From Takakia lepidozioides (taxonomy: Eukaryota > Plantae > Bryophyta): a stretch of DNA of 64,000 nt. The notes under the pieces are model-generated. The model had not been told where the DNA came from. It ran no database searches and worked only from the letters and a program-made list of their open reading frames with translations. Within the stretch, counting starts at the first letter, position 1, and each line of letters opens with the position of its first letter. Where the stretch lies: assembly GCA_030704615.1 (NCBI GenBank), contig CM060731.1, positions 76,384,001 through 76,448,000 of the forward strand. Reading direction: 5' to 3'. The position numbers were made by a program, and so were the translations under genes. Below are positions 26,959 to 40,399 of this stretch, in pieces.

Positions 26959-27042
26959 GTATGTTAAATGCTACTGCCAATCAATATAGTTCTGGCAATG
27001 CACTTGTATCAGCCTTTCCCTTAACACATTATCCTTAACACA

Positions 27043-27470
27043 TTATCTTACCAGGGATCCCTGACAGCAAACGTCTCTAGGAAGGAACATGATGTGGCCG
27101 GGCTGGACCCCTTCCCCCATCATTTGCTCATAGGTCTCCAAAGCCTCCATCCCACGTCCCTGTTGTGCATACCCTGCAAGCATCGCACTCCACGACACCA
27201 CATCTCGTTCAGCCATAGTGTTGAACATTCCCTTTGCATCCTCGATGCACCCACATTTTGCATACTTGTCCACTAGGGTATTGTTCAAAATGACATTTGG
27301 TACAATTCCAGCTCTGAAGATGTCACCACGGACCTCCTTCCCCTTTTCCAGAGCTGCCAGGGCAGTGTTTAGAATGACATTAGGTACAATTCCAGCTTTG
27401 ATGATATCCCCATGCACCTCTTTGCCCTTCTCAAGGGCTGCCAGGCTTGCACAAGCATTGCAATGCACAC
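27043..27470 (-). pseudogene. PLS-class PPR gene fragment
   Basis: NACASLAALEKGKEVHGDIIKAGIVPNVILNTAL (internally duplicated)..LVDKYAKCGCIEDAKGMFNTMAERDVVSWSAMLAGYAQQGRGMEALETYEQM; truncated at both ends. Confidence 0.85.
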
Positions 27471-28999
27471 AAACATGATGTGAGAGGGCAAAACAGGCTG
27501 AAATAGGTCAAAGAAGAAGATGCCCTCACCACATTGTCCTTGAGCTTGTGTCATGACTTGACCGACCATCAACCCAAAAGGACCTCTTGTGTGTGCTGCT
27601 TGTGTCTGTAGTCAGGTAATGTCGGATTGGTCTGTGAGATCGAACCACCACGGTGCAGCTGAGTAGGCAGAGATTGAAACACGGCTTGCTAAGACCAAGC
27701 TAACTCTCCCAAGAATGGCGAGCTCCTCCTCGTCTCATCTCCTCCTCCTCTCCTCTTTTCTGCATCATTTGCTCAACGCCTCCATCCCACGCCCCTGCAT
27801 ATCCTGCGATCATCGCGTTCCATCCCTCGACTACATGGTGTGGCACAGGAGACAAAAAAAAATGCCAAGTCCCAGCCCTCCTCTATGTTCACGATTACCC
27901 TAATGGGCAACCTTATTAGCAACTTTTTGACTTTTTAACCTTTGCACTTTGATTCATTCTAGGTCAAAGGCTAAAATCCTGCTACCAGACTTGTCTAGAA
28001 AACCAAAACACCACGTAGACAAACATTTGATAATGGTAATAAAATATATTACCATTGGGCTGGTTTGAACACTTGTTAGTAAATTTAGGTTAGGAAATTT
28101 AGGTTAGGATTTTTTTGAAATATTCTGGTTTTTTCTTTGATGTGTGAGATGACAAAGTCCAAGCATATCACATAAACAAGGAGTTCAACGTAAGGATGAT
28201 GCAAGTGATTTGTGGCAAAAAGTGTAAATCATGCCTATGCCTATTTGTCCTAGTTGTGTCATAGGTTGCAACGGAACGGGGCCACCTTTGAATGCGATCC
28301 CCATGCTCATTTCACCAAGGGCATTATAGACTTCATAATGTAGAGATTGAAAATGGGGTGTAGCAGGGGGTGATTCTTCACTTGCTAGTAGCCCAACGTC
28401 CAGATTTCTAAACATGAACATGAAGTTCATAATCATTTTCCAAGGGCATCATTCTCAAACTCCCCATACACCACAATCAGTGGAAATAATTGTATGTTCC
28501 AATTTCACACATGTGTGTAACATGCCATGTAAACTAAGCCAACCCCTGCCACGCTCATGGCTGTTTTCACACCTATCTTGCCTGGGGTGTGACCACATGT
28601 GAGACACCCCACAGTTAGGGCATATTTAGACCCACACCTTGGCTTAGTGTACAGACCCGTGATAAACGCCGTGGAATGTGCCAGGTGTGAGATGGCAAAG
28701 CCGTGGAAAAAGCCGGTTTCTCTTCTAGTGTCACCCTACTACAGCACCAATTGCTTCCTCAAGACTTCCCATGCATAGAAGATGCTTGTTGATGCGGAGG
28801 ACTTTGCTGCACTTCTCTTGGGTGCAGCCTATGGCCGGTGGTGGATCAATAGACAAGTGAGCAAAATACGACATCTGTTCATGCACATTTTGATTTTGTA
28901 GGTGCATTTCCAAGAGACGTGCTCATGACGATGGTTTGCAACCCAAGTGCGTCACTAAAAATGTTTATTGTATGAATGTTCTTGACCTGAACGTGCAAA

Positions 29000-31900
29000 T
29001 TGGCGTGTGAACCAGCATGAAGCACCACATGAGGAGAAGGATGATGTCTTCAAGACCATGGCACTGTGGGCAAAGAAGTCTGGCGTTCCCTGTGATTATG
29101 CAGCTGTTTACAAGGAGTGCACAGCCATTACAGACTACCATAAGTACATGACTGCCGTTTCAGCCTGCGAAACGAAAGAAATAGCAAGACAGGCAGAGTT
29201 GTAGGTCATCAGAAACAAGTACGTCGAAGACCAGTTGGCTGTATGGGATGCCAATTTCCATCGTGAACAGGAGGAGCGTAAGTGGGGTTGGTCCCTTGTT
29301 TATAACATTGTTCATGTTGGTACTGTGCATGCTTCCCTTCCTATTTTCATGAAACACTCGCAGGACGAATCCAGCCTCCTACGGGGTGTGTTTGCAAGGT
29401 ACCACAAGGCAGGGCCACCTGTGAACTGTCCGGTAATTTTGCAGGTGTTGTGGACTATCTGGATGTCATATCCCAGTAGTACTGAGGCGGTCTCATCTCC
29501 TGCAAACCCATTGTTGCATGACGTGCTGGTTCAACTTGTTGGAACCGAAGAGGGCAATGCCATGCTCAGACATGCTGCAGCCAATTTCCGCATTGCTTTC
29601 TCTTTGCATATCTGCCACAGAATCTCGTGCATGAGACAAGCAGAAGCGTGGAGGATTTATTACATACCGATGCGAGTTATAGAGATGGTATGAAGAAGGA
29701 GATGACTGACTTCATTGAAATTACTCGTTTTCGTGTTTTGGGGGATCTAGCCATGTGGAAGCCAAAGGTTTTTGACACATTGTGGTGTGCTAATACAAGC
29801 AGCCATTCTGAGAGACACGAAGCAATTTAAGTCTTCCAGGATATCCTCAAGCATTGTGAAGACATTGACATGGGCTGGATTTCCAGCACGGAAGGTGATA
29901 ATGTTTCCATGCTTTTCCCTGAATGCACTTGTCTTCCATATGTCTGCATTGTTTGTGGTGCCCTTAAACTCATGCTATGGTTGTTTCACATTGTAGGTGA
30001 TATCAACCATGCAACATTGCAGGAAGCCTCCATGGAAGCATTTATGCAGGTGCAACTGTTGGGGGATAGTAGATAATCACCGACTGTCAGGTGATGATAT
30101 TCACGAAGGTGATGTGACAACACCCCCTCCTGCTTTGCCTTCTCATCAAGTACATTGGGATGTCTTGCAGCAAGCTCATAAACAGCCCCTTCTAGTCATG
30201 CCTACTTCACCTATGTTCGGGTCACCCACAGAGCTGTTGCAAGATGGTGAGCCTACACCTGGAGTGGAAGGGAAGGTTGTTGTGCAACACATTGGGACTG
30301 ATGGGGAGGAGCCCGACCATGGAGACGACGGTCCTCTTCATATTCAGGAGTCCTACACCACAGACCTTGCTCTACTGGGCATTCATGCCACTGAACCAGG
30401 TGCATTTACACAAATGGAAATGGTATTGCATTCAAGCCAGGCATTAGTTGAAAGCCCCGCCCCCTTGGGCATGAGACCCCCTGATTCTGACACACGTTCT
30501 GCTATGCATGCAGCAACAGGAGTGAGGTCCTCAAAACCCCCTGTGCATTATGTCAACCCTCAATTTGGTTTTGCTGCAAGGAGCGCCCTCCTTGGTCCGT
30601 CCCCCAAGGCTCTCCCTTTGCCACATTTGAGTACTGCCCGAGGAAGTGAATTGGGCAGTAAGGGAACATCAAGCAGTGCTGTTGGGGACAACAATTCATG
30701 CCGCACCAAACGCTTCAACGATGACATGCATGTTGGCGACTTCTTGCTTCCCTCTCCACCTCCTGGAATCGAAGATACAAACGAGAATCGCGTCAAAGAT
30801 GGGAAATCAGTCTCACCTGAAAAGAACAATGCCACCCCTTCGTCGCTCGTCCCCGTCAGTACTGAATGCCCTCTTTCTGCACCTGTCAATTTGGAATTTC
30901 CTATCCCAATGCCCCAGCCCCTTCGGCATCCTCTTGCTGACATGAACATGTGGTATGTGATTGCAGGGTCCATGAAAGGCTCAAGGAAGCTTTGTGAGTC
31001 AACAAATTGTGCTCTTTTCCCTTCTTTGCAATGGTACTGTTTTGCATTCCGCACTATCATTACCTCATGCACCCTCATTGTTCAAATCTCCCTTCTTTGA
31101 CATGTATCGTTATGTTGGCTGTCTACAGGATAGCATGTGGTGCACAAGTCAAAAACTCCTTAGATGTGTGGTTTTTCCAAACAACTGTAGGCCCCCACAT
31201 CAATCTTAGACTAGATGACGCAGATCTGTTGCTTAACCCCAAGGGGTGGACAAGTGACAGACTCATGGATTTCTATTTGCGGGGGAAAATACTGTCACTT
31301 CCCGTCCATGTTAGAAACAAAATACAGATTCTTGACAGTTTCACGTGGATATGCCTTCACGAGCACTACGACGAATTTGGTGGGGGCGCTCCTTCTATTC
31401 TGCAGTGGATGCACCAATGTTTCCCCTACCTTCACTGTGATGGGGTGGAGGCAATGATTATTCCTGTTATATATGCATACGTACTCTGCTGCATGCTACC
31501 CTATAGTATATACTGTTAATGTAATGTACTGTTGTTCTCACAACACGTTCTAACGCCGCTGTTTGCATTTGTCATGTGCAATCAGCATTGGAGTGTCGTC
31601 ATTCTGGAGTGCAATCGATATCTTCATTTAAATAGTGTGAGAAGGTCACATACTCACAGGATGCTACAGCCGTTGTTAGGACGATTCTGGGCACTTTGCA
31701 GAGGATTACAACCACCTAGCCTGCAATGGAAGAATGTAACAACCCCCGCCTCTGGTTGTATCCCCGCGTCCCCCAACAGAAGTCTAATTGGGAGTGTGGT
31801 TGTTTCACGGCACATTTCATAGATGTTTACTTGACTCAAACCTTTGTACATCCACGGACCGGAGGTGCAGGCCCGGTACGTTTCTAATTGTTTATCTCCA

Positions 31901-32180
31901 TATTGCTGCCTTTCATAGTATGTGTTTCAATTATTGACATTGTGTTCATTGTCCCTTCTCTGATCTTGATCCACCATGGAAAGTTTTTGCAGCTCAACAA
32001 ACATTGGTTTCTGTTGTATGAGGCTGTCAAGAAAAAGAAGGAAATCGGGGATGTTGTATTGCTGGAATTGCAGACGAGAAGCCATGGCGAACCATACTGT
32101 CTTGGGGACGATAAGGATGTCCCCGATGTTTTCCATGGCTACGCCCCAAGACCTGCATGCTCATTCATGCACCATTGAAT
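29000..32180 (+). pseudogene. Degenerate multi-exon gene ending in a Ulp1/C48 SUMO-protease-like domain, probably TE-borne
   Basis: LNPKGWTSDRLMDFYL..ILDSF..MIIPV (31190-31470), QHWSVVIL..HLNS (31583-31635) and PQQKSNWECGCF (~31772-31807) give the C48 His/Asp(Asn)/Gln/Cys motifs across a frameshift. Upstream ORFs are unrecognised and contain stops. Confidence 0.6.
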
Positions 32181-34867
32181 GATGGAGGGTTCTTTTAGGA
32201 AGTTCTTTATGACATTTGAAAACGTTCTGGAATTGTGTGATGTATAATGACATTTTTTTCTCTACAATGACTTCACTGTGAACAACCCATGGGGGAATGT
32301 GGTCCTGATGGAATGGCTTTGAGAGCAGGGCCCTGTGTCCAGGCTTTACATTTGTGCATGCCATAGCGAGGTAGCAAATCTGCATGGTCGTCGGGCTTCC
32401 ATGCATGTGCGTTGGAATCCAGGGGTGTCATTCCCTTTATGTTTCCTTGTGGGCCATAGGACCAGAGATCGCGTGGCCATGATTTCAGCATTCAGGTGTT
32501 TCTCGTGAGCACAATACGCATGCTCCAGTGATGATTAAAGGGCAATCACGATGCATGGTTCACAATGCAATCTGGACCCATGTCAATATTATCATAACGA
32601 AAACCATTCACATGTCAAGATGAGAGCAAGGCAGTGTCTCCAGGGTGGGTAGGCTTGCATGCGGGTTGCTTGCATGTACAGTAAAGTCTGCAATAAAGTT
32701 TGCACTTTCGGACTGTAGTCATGAAGTGCTAAATCAAAGCTTTCATATATCCACCCTCTTTTCCTAGTACACATTCACTGGCGTCCATTCATCAGGAGGA
32801 AAAAACAGGATGGGGAAGAACTTCATCTTATTTGACAAGGATTTCACAAGTCACACTCATCTCCCTCACATAATCAAATGTGCAATTCCACCACCATCAT
32901 GCAGTTCCAGCAACATCAGCATCAAGGAGGTGATCAACAATGCGATCAAGCTCGACATGTTCATAAAACCAACTTCCACGATGACGTTCTACATGTCCAC
33001 CGATGGAAGTCCGGTCTGATCCATTCGGATTTCCATAATGCAACATGCAAATTGGGCATCTTACATGCGGAAGGACAATCTAGACTCTCACCCCAGCATG
33101 GCTCAGAAAAACGCCATGGAAGTCTATAAATTGTGCTCCAAACGGTAATTGTCGTTGACGTCCTAAGAGCATATATTCCTGTAGTAGATATAGACATAAC
33201 CATTCTCCAAGAAGCATGTCACCGTACCTGTGCCGAGGGGTTAGTAGCAGGGCATGGCCCCAATCTCTATGCCTATTGCGTCGGCGTGGCATAGAGGAGT
33301 GGGAGAACGGATGTGGGCACAACTGCCATCTGAGAAGGACGTGACTCTTGGGGCCATGAACAATGTAGTTGGCACGAGGGAGTGGATGAAAGATGTTGGG
33401 ATGAATGGTACAGACGCAAATAAGGATGATAACATTCATAGGGTTCATAGGGATGATCGGATTTACGGGCAATGTTCTCATGCACGTTGCAGTGTCTGCA
33501 TATCATTGTTTTCCCCAACTTCTCTCACATCCAACTTAGTTTATGTGATAGAGTGGATTTCACTTGGAAGGACTAGGCTTGTTCTTAGTATGATTGCTTC
33601 ATGCTTAAAGAGCTTTCATTGTCTTCCACTTCTCTCATTTCTCATCTCTTATCACTACAAGAAGATCACCTTATGCTTGTGAGTGCGGAGTGTAAGGATT
33701 TGTTTTGCACTTGTATTTTAAAGAGGTTGAGAGCTAGGAGAATTTAGCTCTTGTATCACAAGGCTTGCAAGGGGGTGCAAAGAAATGTGTTCGAGTGTTG
33801 CATGCACCAAAGAGTTGGAGAGCTTGAGAAGAAAGCTCTTGAGTCACAAGATTTTGCAAGGATTGCAAGGAGGAAGTCTTGTGTGTGTGGAAGCATGGAT
33901 TCTAGGTTTGAGAATCCTTTGTATGCATTATGGAGTCAATGGTGTGCGCCATGGCTTGTGGAGAGTGACTAAAGGCTTATTAGTGCTCATTTCACTATCA
34001 AGCTAGGGTTAAGCAAGTTCAAAGTGTGGATGTTGTGGAAAAGAAGCCAAGGAGCTACATAGGCTTGGGCTTAAGGACAACAAAGGCAAGTACTTGGAGA
34101 GCACTAAGAAGCTCAAGAGGTTTTGAAAGGGAGCATGTGAAGAGATCTTCCAATCATGGTGGTGTGGAGCCAAGCTTATGATGCCATTGGAAGGGCTTGG
34201 AGAACATTTGGTGGGAAATCCTTGAAGGGAAATCATCATTCAATGTATGCATAGCTTCACCCTAACTATGTAATGTGACAAGAGGGGGAGGCAATACTTG
34301 GTTTTTCATGCTCTTCGTAGTGTGAGCTTTGTGGTGGATAGTTGACCAAGCAAGTGGTGCATGTGTGGAGCATACTCTCTTGCGTTTGTAAGTTCAAGTT
34401 TGAGAAATGGAGCTCTTGAACTAGCAAGAGGTGAAGTCCTTGAGATCCATTTGTGTGTGAAGTGGAGAGGTGTTGATTCATGTTACAATGAAGGAGAGCA
34501 ACACATAGGCCAAGAGGTCATGGAACATGCATTTAATGACCAAGGGGAGCACATGGATGATGGATTACTGCAAGACCCCAAAGGAGGCATATGGCGTGAG
34601 AGTGGGATCCAAGGTGGATTGCTTGGGAGCATATTGTAAGTGACAAGCATTGCTCCTACACATTGAGATAATTTGTATTGATTTGGAGCAATTGACAAGT
34701 GATAAGGAAACAAATGCATGATTGCTCGGCAATGCACATTGGGGTGGAAGAGAGCAAAAAGATGCCTCTTATGACCACCTAGAGACCATATTTTTGCTTG
34801 AGTAGAAGCATAGAAGTCAAGGACTTGCATTCTAGCTCTTCATTACAAATCCTAGTAGTGTATGCTC

Positions 34868-35252
34868 AGACTATACCTCTGTTAGTATACCAAACATGAG
34901 CTTGTCCCTTTGACTATACCTCTGTTGAGGTATCACCTAAGTGAGCCCTAATGTAAGACTATACCTCTGTTAGTATACCAAACATGAGCTTGTCCATTTT
35001 ACTATACCTCTACTGAGGTATCACCATACGTGAACCCTAATCAGCTCAGACTATACCTGTTAGTATACCAAACAGGAGCTTGTCCCTTTTACTATACCCT
35101 TGAGGTATCACCATATGTGAACCCTAATCAGCTCAGACTATACCTCTGTTAGTATACCAAACAAAACCCTCATTCTCATACTATACCTCTGTAAAGGTAG
35201 CATCAATATAAGGGACCCTAGCAACCTCAGACTATACCTCTGTTAAGGTATC
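34868..35252 (+). repeat. Higher-order tandem repeat (~90-bp A/B dimer, nine CTATACC-anchored subunits)
   Basis: Subunits alternate ctatacctctgttagtataccaaac.. and ctatacctctgttgaggtatcacc..; each contains a short inverted repeat. Confidence 0.85.
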
Positions 35253-35289
35253 AGAGGACATTAAAAGGACTTAGTGAAATTTAAGGGCC

Positions 35290-35500
35290 TTTGGAGGATT
35301 GTTTGGAAGATATTTGAGGGCCCTTGGAGTATCATTTGGAGGACTATTGGGAGTCTTTAGAGGACCATTGGAGGACTATTGGGAGTCATTGGAGGACCAT
35401 TTGGAGGACTATTTGGGGTCCTTGGAGGCCAATATTTGGCGAGCTTGAGGAGCCTTTGGTGACTTGTGTGAGGGACTATTTGGGGTCCTCGAGGGCCAAG
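35290..35500 (+). repeat. Degenerate 11-12 bp minisatellite (ttggaggac(t/c)at)
   Basis: Repeated ttggaggactatt / ttggaggaccatt units upstream of gag. Confidence 0.7.
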
Positions 35501-38125
35501 TTTTGGCAGGCTCTTGGGGCCTTGGTGTACTGTTTTGGAGTCCCATTGTGCAAGGATTGGGAGCATGGAGTGGGATGAGAGCATGTTGGGATTATGAGTT
35601 GCTTTAGTCTTTCTTCCTTATAGTCTTTCACCCTCTCTATAGGCCAAAACCTTTCCGTAGGTGGAGGCAAGAGTCAGTCCGGGTTTGGGCTGGGGTGTCT
35701 TTGCAGGAGCGACACTGTGGTTGGTGTGGGGGAGTTGTTGTCTTGATTTTCTTGTGTTTGGATCCCTTCCACACCTGCATGTGTTGACTGTGCGCCATGT
35801 TAGTTTTGTGTGGGCGCTTGTTTTCATAGGAGGTTGGTCCGGATTTGATCCACGGCCAATCCTAGAGCGTGTTGTCGATGGTGAGGCTGAGGTGATGACC
35901 AGTCAGACCATCATTGTTTCTCTTATGGTGAGGCTGGGTTGATGACCAGCAGACCATATGAGTTCTTGCGGTGGATGCAGGTGCAGGTACAGGTCTACTT
36001 TAGAAACCTAGTATTCCTGCTTGAACCACCAGCCGCAACAGGTTCTCTACCTGGTTACCTTGTGGAAAGTGGGGATTAGAGACAGGTTGACAACCGGTTG
36101 GGTTGTGAGGTGCCACCAGTTGCTGAGGGGAGTGCCGATACGAGCACCAGCGATACTAGTGGGTACACAAGACGAGGTGTGCGGTTTAGGAAGATTCTCG
36201 CCGAGGGTGCAAGCCATTTCCGTGCCATTGTTGTGGGACATGATGGAGGAGATGTATGGAGCTACCAAGGGGCCACGTAGGTACTCTGGAGCTGTGGGCA
36301 CCATCGAGCTTGATGACTTCATACATAAGTTTGACAGTTGGTATGATTTGCAGCAAATGCGCAATCCACAACTGTTTACGCCCTTTATGGCGTGGTACGG
36401 GCTATTCTAGCACCTTGAGGGGCCGCCCATGGATGATTACCATGAATTTAGGCGGGGATATGCGGTGGAGATTAAGGAGTGACGAGAGTATTGATCACCT
36501 AACTATGTCTCCATCACTAGAGGTACAACTAGGGCAACGACGACAGCAGCTACACCAATATCCCCAACTGCAAGCACTAGTAGTGGGACAAGTGGTACAG
36601 GAGCTGGGAAATCCACTCAAGCTCCTGCTGCAGCACCAGCACCCGTACCTACCTTTAACCCAGTTGTGGAGTTCTTCGAGGAGTTGAGGAGAAACTACCA
36701 AGGGATAAGGACAGAGAAGTTGCGGAGCTTACAAGAGTTCCAACGAAGGTCTACTGAGAGTTTGAGGGAGGCTTACACTCGCATGAGGCGCTTGATAAAC
36801 GTAACCCAAGGGGTTATAGAAGCTCAGGCAGTCCAGTTCTGGTATGGGATCCTGGACAAGGAGCTGAGGAGAAAGGTGCGGGATGCAAATCTCCTAAAAG
36901 TGGCCCAACCTACCATAGCAAATGTGTTTTTGCTAGCAGAGCGGATAGAGCTAAAAATGGTGGAGGAGCAAGTGGTTATGGTGGGGTTTGGCAAGGAGAC
37001 ACAACGAAGTGGAGTTTCTAGCCAACAACAACCAACTCCCCAACGTGCTCAAGGCAACAAGGGCTCAGACGAAGCCCAGGGAATGCTAGAGAGGATCTCA
37101 GATGCAGAGGTCTCTTCCTTCATTCTCAAGCCAACAACAGTCGGGTATGACTTGTTGGGATTGTGGAGGACCCCATGTCAAGAAGGATTGCCCGGAGAGA
37201 GACAAAAGGCCGGCACAGGCACAGCCTACACAACTACACTGTGGGCATTTGTGGAAAGTATGGGCATGATGAGGCCCATTGTTATGACTTGCATCCTGAG
37301 CTATGGCCAGGCCAGTTCCAAGGGAACAATGGTGGCCGAGGACAAGGTAGTGTAGTCCAGAGAGGAAGAGGAGGTAGAGGTCGTGGTGGAGGTCGTAACC
37401 AAAATCAAGGAGCACAGGGTCAGGGTCAAGGTCATGACCAAGGCATGGTGGATAGACTTGCCTAGCTAGAGCAATGTCTTGCTGCCATGGCCACTACTCA
37501 TGTTGCGCCAGCTCCAAGGCCCAAGGTTCAAGCCCCACCTGCATAGCCTCCTATGCCTAGGGAAGACCAGATTGGTATGGGCTTCATGTGTGGAGCCGTA
37601 CTTGCAGGGCCATTCCATGTACTGGACTCTGCTGCTGCTGTCACTCAAGCAACAACGCGTGCTCTTGAGCCAAGAGGAGCGGATGTGGATTTTGATCTAC
37701 AAAGGGGGGAAGCAAGTCGTCAGACAAGGCTTCCATAGTTCTTTACATTGGCTGAGACAGTGCTAACTACGCCATCAATGGCACCCGCTCGCCCTAGTGT
37801 GTCAGAGGTAGAGCCACGAGTGTCATTGGGGAGAGTATGTGTGGCTCGGGAAATGCCAGTTGGTGGTGCTGCAAAGCAAGGTGCAGCTAGTACATTGTTG
37901 GGGGCGGCTACGGCTGTTTGCCAAGCTCCATTCTTTTCTGCAATGACCATTGCAATGCCGGGGATTCGGCCAGCTGCTGTGTTCAGACTAGCAGCTAGAC
38001 TCTATGAGAATGGTGATGCATCGGCACTATCTGCGGAGATAGCAGATAAGGTACAATCTATGGATGCTTTGGAGCCAAGGGTGAAGTCAGCCACAGCTGC
38101 ACCATGACAATCAGCAGCTGCAAGG

Positions 38126-38560
38126 TTGCAAGAGTTGTCAGCTAGGCTAGCCATTGAGCGCAGCATGGTGACTCCTGGAGTAGTCCTGGTGGACAATCAA
38201 GATGTAGTGTTTCAGTTGGGTGGTCCAACCGGGAGGAGGTATAGGCCACTGCGGGTCTTGTTGGACTCGGGAGCACAGCCTTTGATGTTGGGAAGAGCAG
38301 CAATTGCAAGTTTGGGCCTTACAGAGGTGGACTTGGAGCCTTGCCTTTTCCAAATTCAAACATCTTTGGGTGGTTCAGAGAAGGCGCGAGGGATTACACG
38401 CCATGAGCTCTTCATTCGATTGCAGCCGGATCATCCTACGGATGGCTCAGTCATGAGAGCTAAAGCCATTGTTACGGACACAATGTCCTATGATGTGCTT
38501 GTTGGTGGGGCTATGTTGTACCCCATGGGATTTACTCTGGACTTTTGGGAGGCAATGACA
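38126..38560 (+). pseudogene. Retroviral-type aspartic protease domain of the Gypsy pol
   Basis: LRVLLDSGAQPLMLG catalytic motif and downstream YDVLVG. Confidence 0.85.
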
Positions 38561-38974
38561 TCCTATAGGCCGGAGTGGCAGTCAGGAGATGGTCGACGTG
38601 CACTGCTCCCAGTGTGGCTTATCGGGAATGTAGCGGTGGATCATAAGAACATGATGCCCACATTGGCTACATTTTCAGGGGTGGTGGCTTGGGGTGGTGA
38701 GCTCTTGGAGGGCAATAGCCATGCAGATGATAGGTCACCATCTGATGAGGACAAACAACTGGCATACAAGGCTGAGTTGCTTCCTCATGTGCCTGTGCAT
38801 ATTCCACTGTGGGGTACGGTTGGGAATTTGCAGCGAGTAACATGCGAGTGTGTGCACCAAGCATGGCAGGAGGCCTTTCCATTAATGAGTGAGGAGAGTT
38901 CAATGACATCACCCGGACCTCCTCAGTTAGCTCCTTTGGACACAGTGCCCATTACCTAACAACCACCTGACTCA

Positions 38975-39925
38975 GGGATTTGTTTGCTAGACCTGTTTGG
39001 AGGCATGAGCACTAGGCTTGCAGGAGTGTTGCAGGCTGGGATAAAGTATGAAAATACTTGTATGTGGAGAATGATGAGATAGCTCGGCATATTTCTATGC
39101 GCCACATTGCCTTGCTCACACACTAGTATCCTGAGTTGCTGCCTCTCTCAGCAATTCAATGGTACCAAAAGGCCTTGCCAGCAGACATTACCTTGCTGGG
39201 GGCGGGTGATTTGGGCCGGCATGGTGCAATTGACTTGGTAATAGCTGGATGGCCTTGCCAAGGACACTCTCCCGCATGTCATAGGAATGGCTTGCATGAT
39301 GCAAGGTCGCATTTGTTTTGGGAGATGTTATGAGTGTTGCGTGACTTGCAGGTGAGGCAAGTGCAACCTCCAGCTTATATCCTGGAGAATGTTCCTCTCA
39401 TTGGGGATTCTCGGGCCAGGGTTACGGCTAGTGTGCATCAAGTGCGGTCTTGGATTGGACCAGCTGTATTATTGGATGCAGCTGTAGTGGGTTCACGGGC
39501 ACATATGCCTAGGTTGTGGTGGACCAATCTTGCACCACCAGAGTTGCTCAAGAGAGCCTATGATTCCATTCAACGGCCACCCAACCTCACGGTTGAGGGC
39601 ATTTTGGACCAAGGGATGCAACCATAGAGAGTGCGATATGATGACCGTCCACCTTTGGTGGTGGTCAACCGAGTGGGGCAACCACGTGCGGCCTTGCCTA
39701 CACTCATGAGTTTTCCCTCGTCTCATGTTTTTCGAGACAATGGTCCAGGGTTGATTTGGGACAATGCGCTACAGCAATTGGTAGAGCCTAGTGCAGATGA
39801 GCGAGAGCGGGCAATGGGGTTTGTCACGGGCACTACGGCTGTGCCAGCTCTGTCAGAGACATCACGACGCCAGGTGTTGGGTCAGGCAATGGATCTCAAT
39901 TGCTTGACATGGGTCATTGGCTTAT
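38975..39925 (+). pseudogene. C5 cytosine DNA methyltransferase domain (DNMT3-like) within the retrotransposon pol
   Basis: Motif I LLDLFGG (~38984-39004), II YLYVE, DI, IV DLVIAGWPCQG (catalytic PC at 39253-39258), LF, VI YILENV (EN V at 39385-39393), VIII RAHMPRLWWTN, IX ERERAMGF, X RRQVLGQAM. One frameshift (~39047) and three stops. Confidence 0.9.
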
Positions 39926-40399
39926 GCATGGCTGAGCAACGGAGATTGCAAGCATTGGTGGCTACTTCTGCACTTCCATTGGATATTGCACCCTCTCTGC
40001 CAACCGGGACGGTGGAGGCAGTGAGTGGGGGCGAGCACAGGATCATGGAGTGCAAACACCCATGGCAGATGTGGGATGAGATGCGGAAAGAGAGAGTCAT
40101 TGGATCTCTCAAGGAGCAATATGAGGAGTGGGGAGAGCCATACACGGAGGATCAGTTGGAGGCTAAGGTAGCCACGGCTCTTGAAGAGGTTGAGGATGTT
40201 TATTTTGTGGAGGATGTTCTCAAGGTGGCTATGGCGGAGCAAGTGGAGGCTACGTCACTGTCAGGGTGGGCGGACAAGGCCCAAGAGGTTATTATCTAGC
40301 AATCAAAGGATGCGTCTCCTACCTAGTTGGACCTACAGTCATCGGAGGAGAGAGACGGAGGATCCGGCGATTTCTAAGGGCTTATAGAATTTGCTTTGC

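Noticed and set aside
33653-34860. CACTAC at 33653 and GTAGTG at 34860, both flanked by TAT, suggesting a CACTA element
   Set aside because: The TIR match is short and imperfect, there are no subterminal repeats, and the interior looks like generic LTR-type sequence; could be chance.
38975-39925. Interpretation of the methyltransferase as a host DRM or DNMT3 gene, or as bacterial contamination
   Set aside because: Motif order is not circularly permuted as in DRM, no introns or regulatory domains are visible, and the domain is collinear with protease and RT and decayed to a similar degree.
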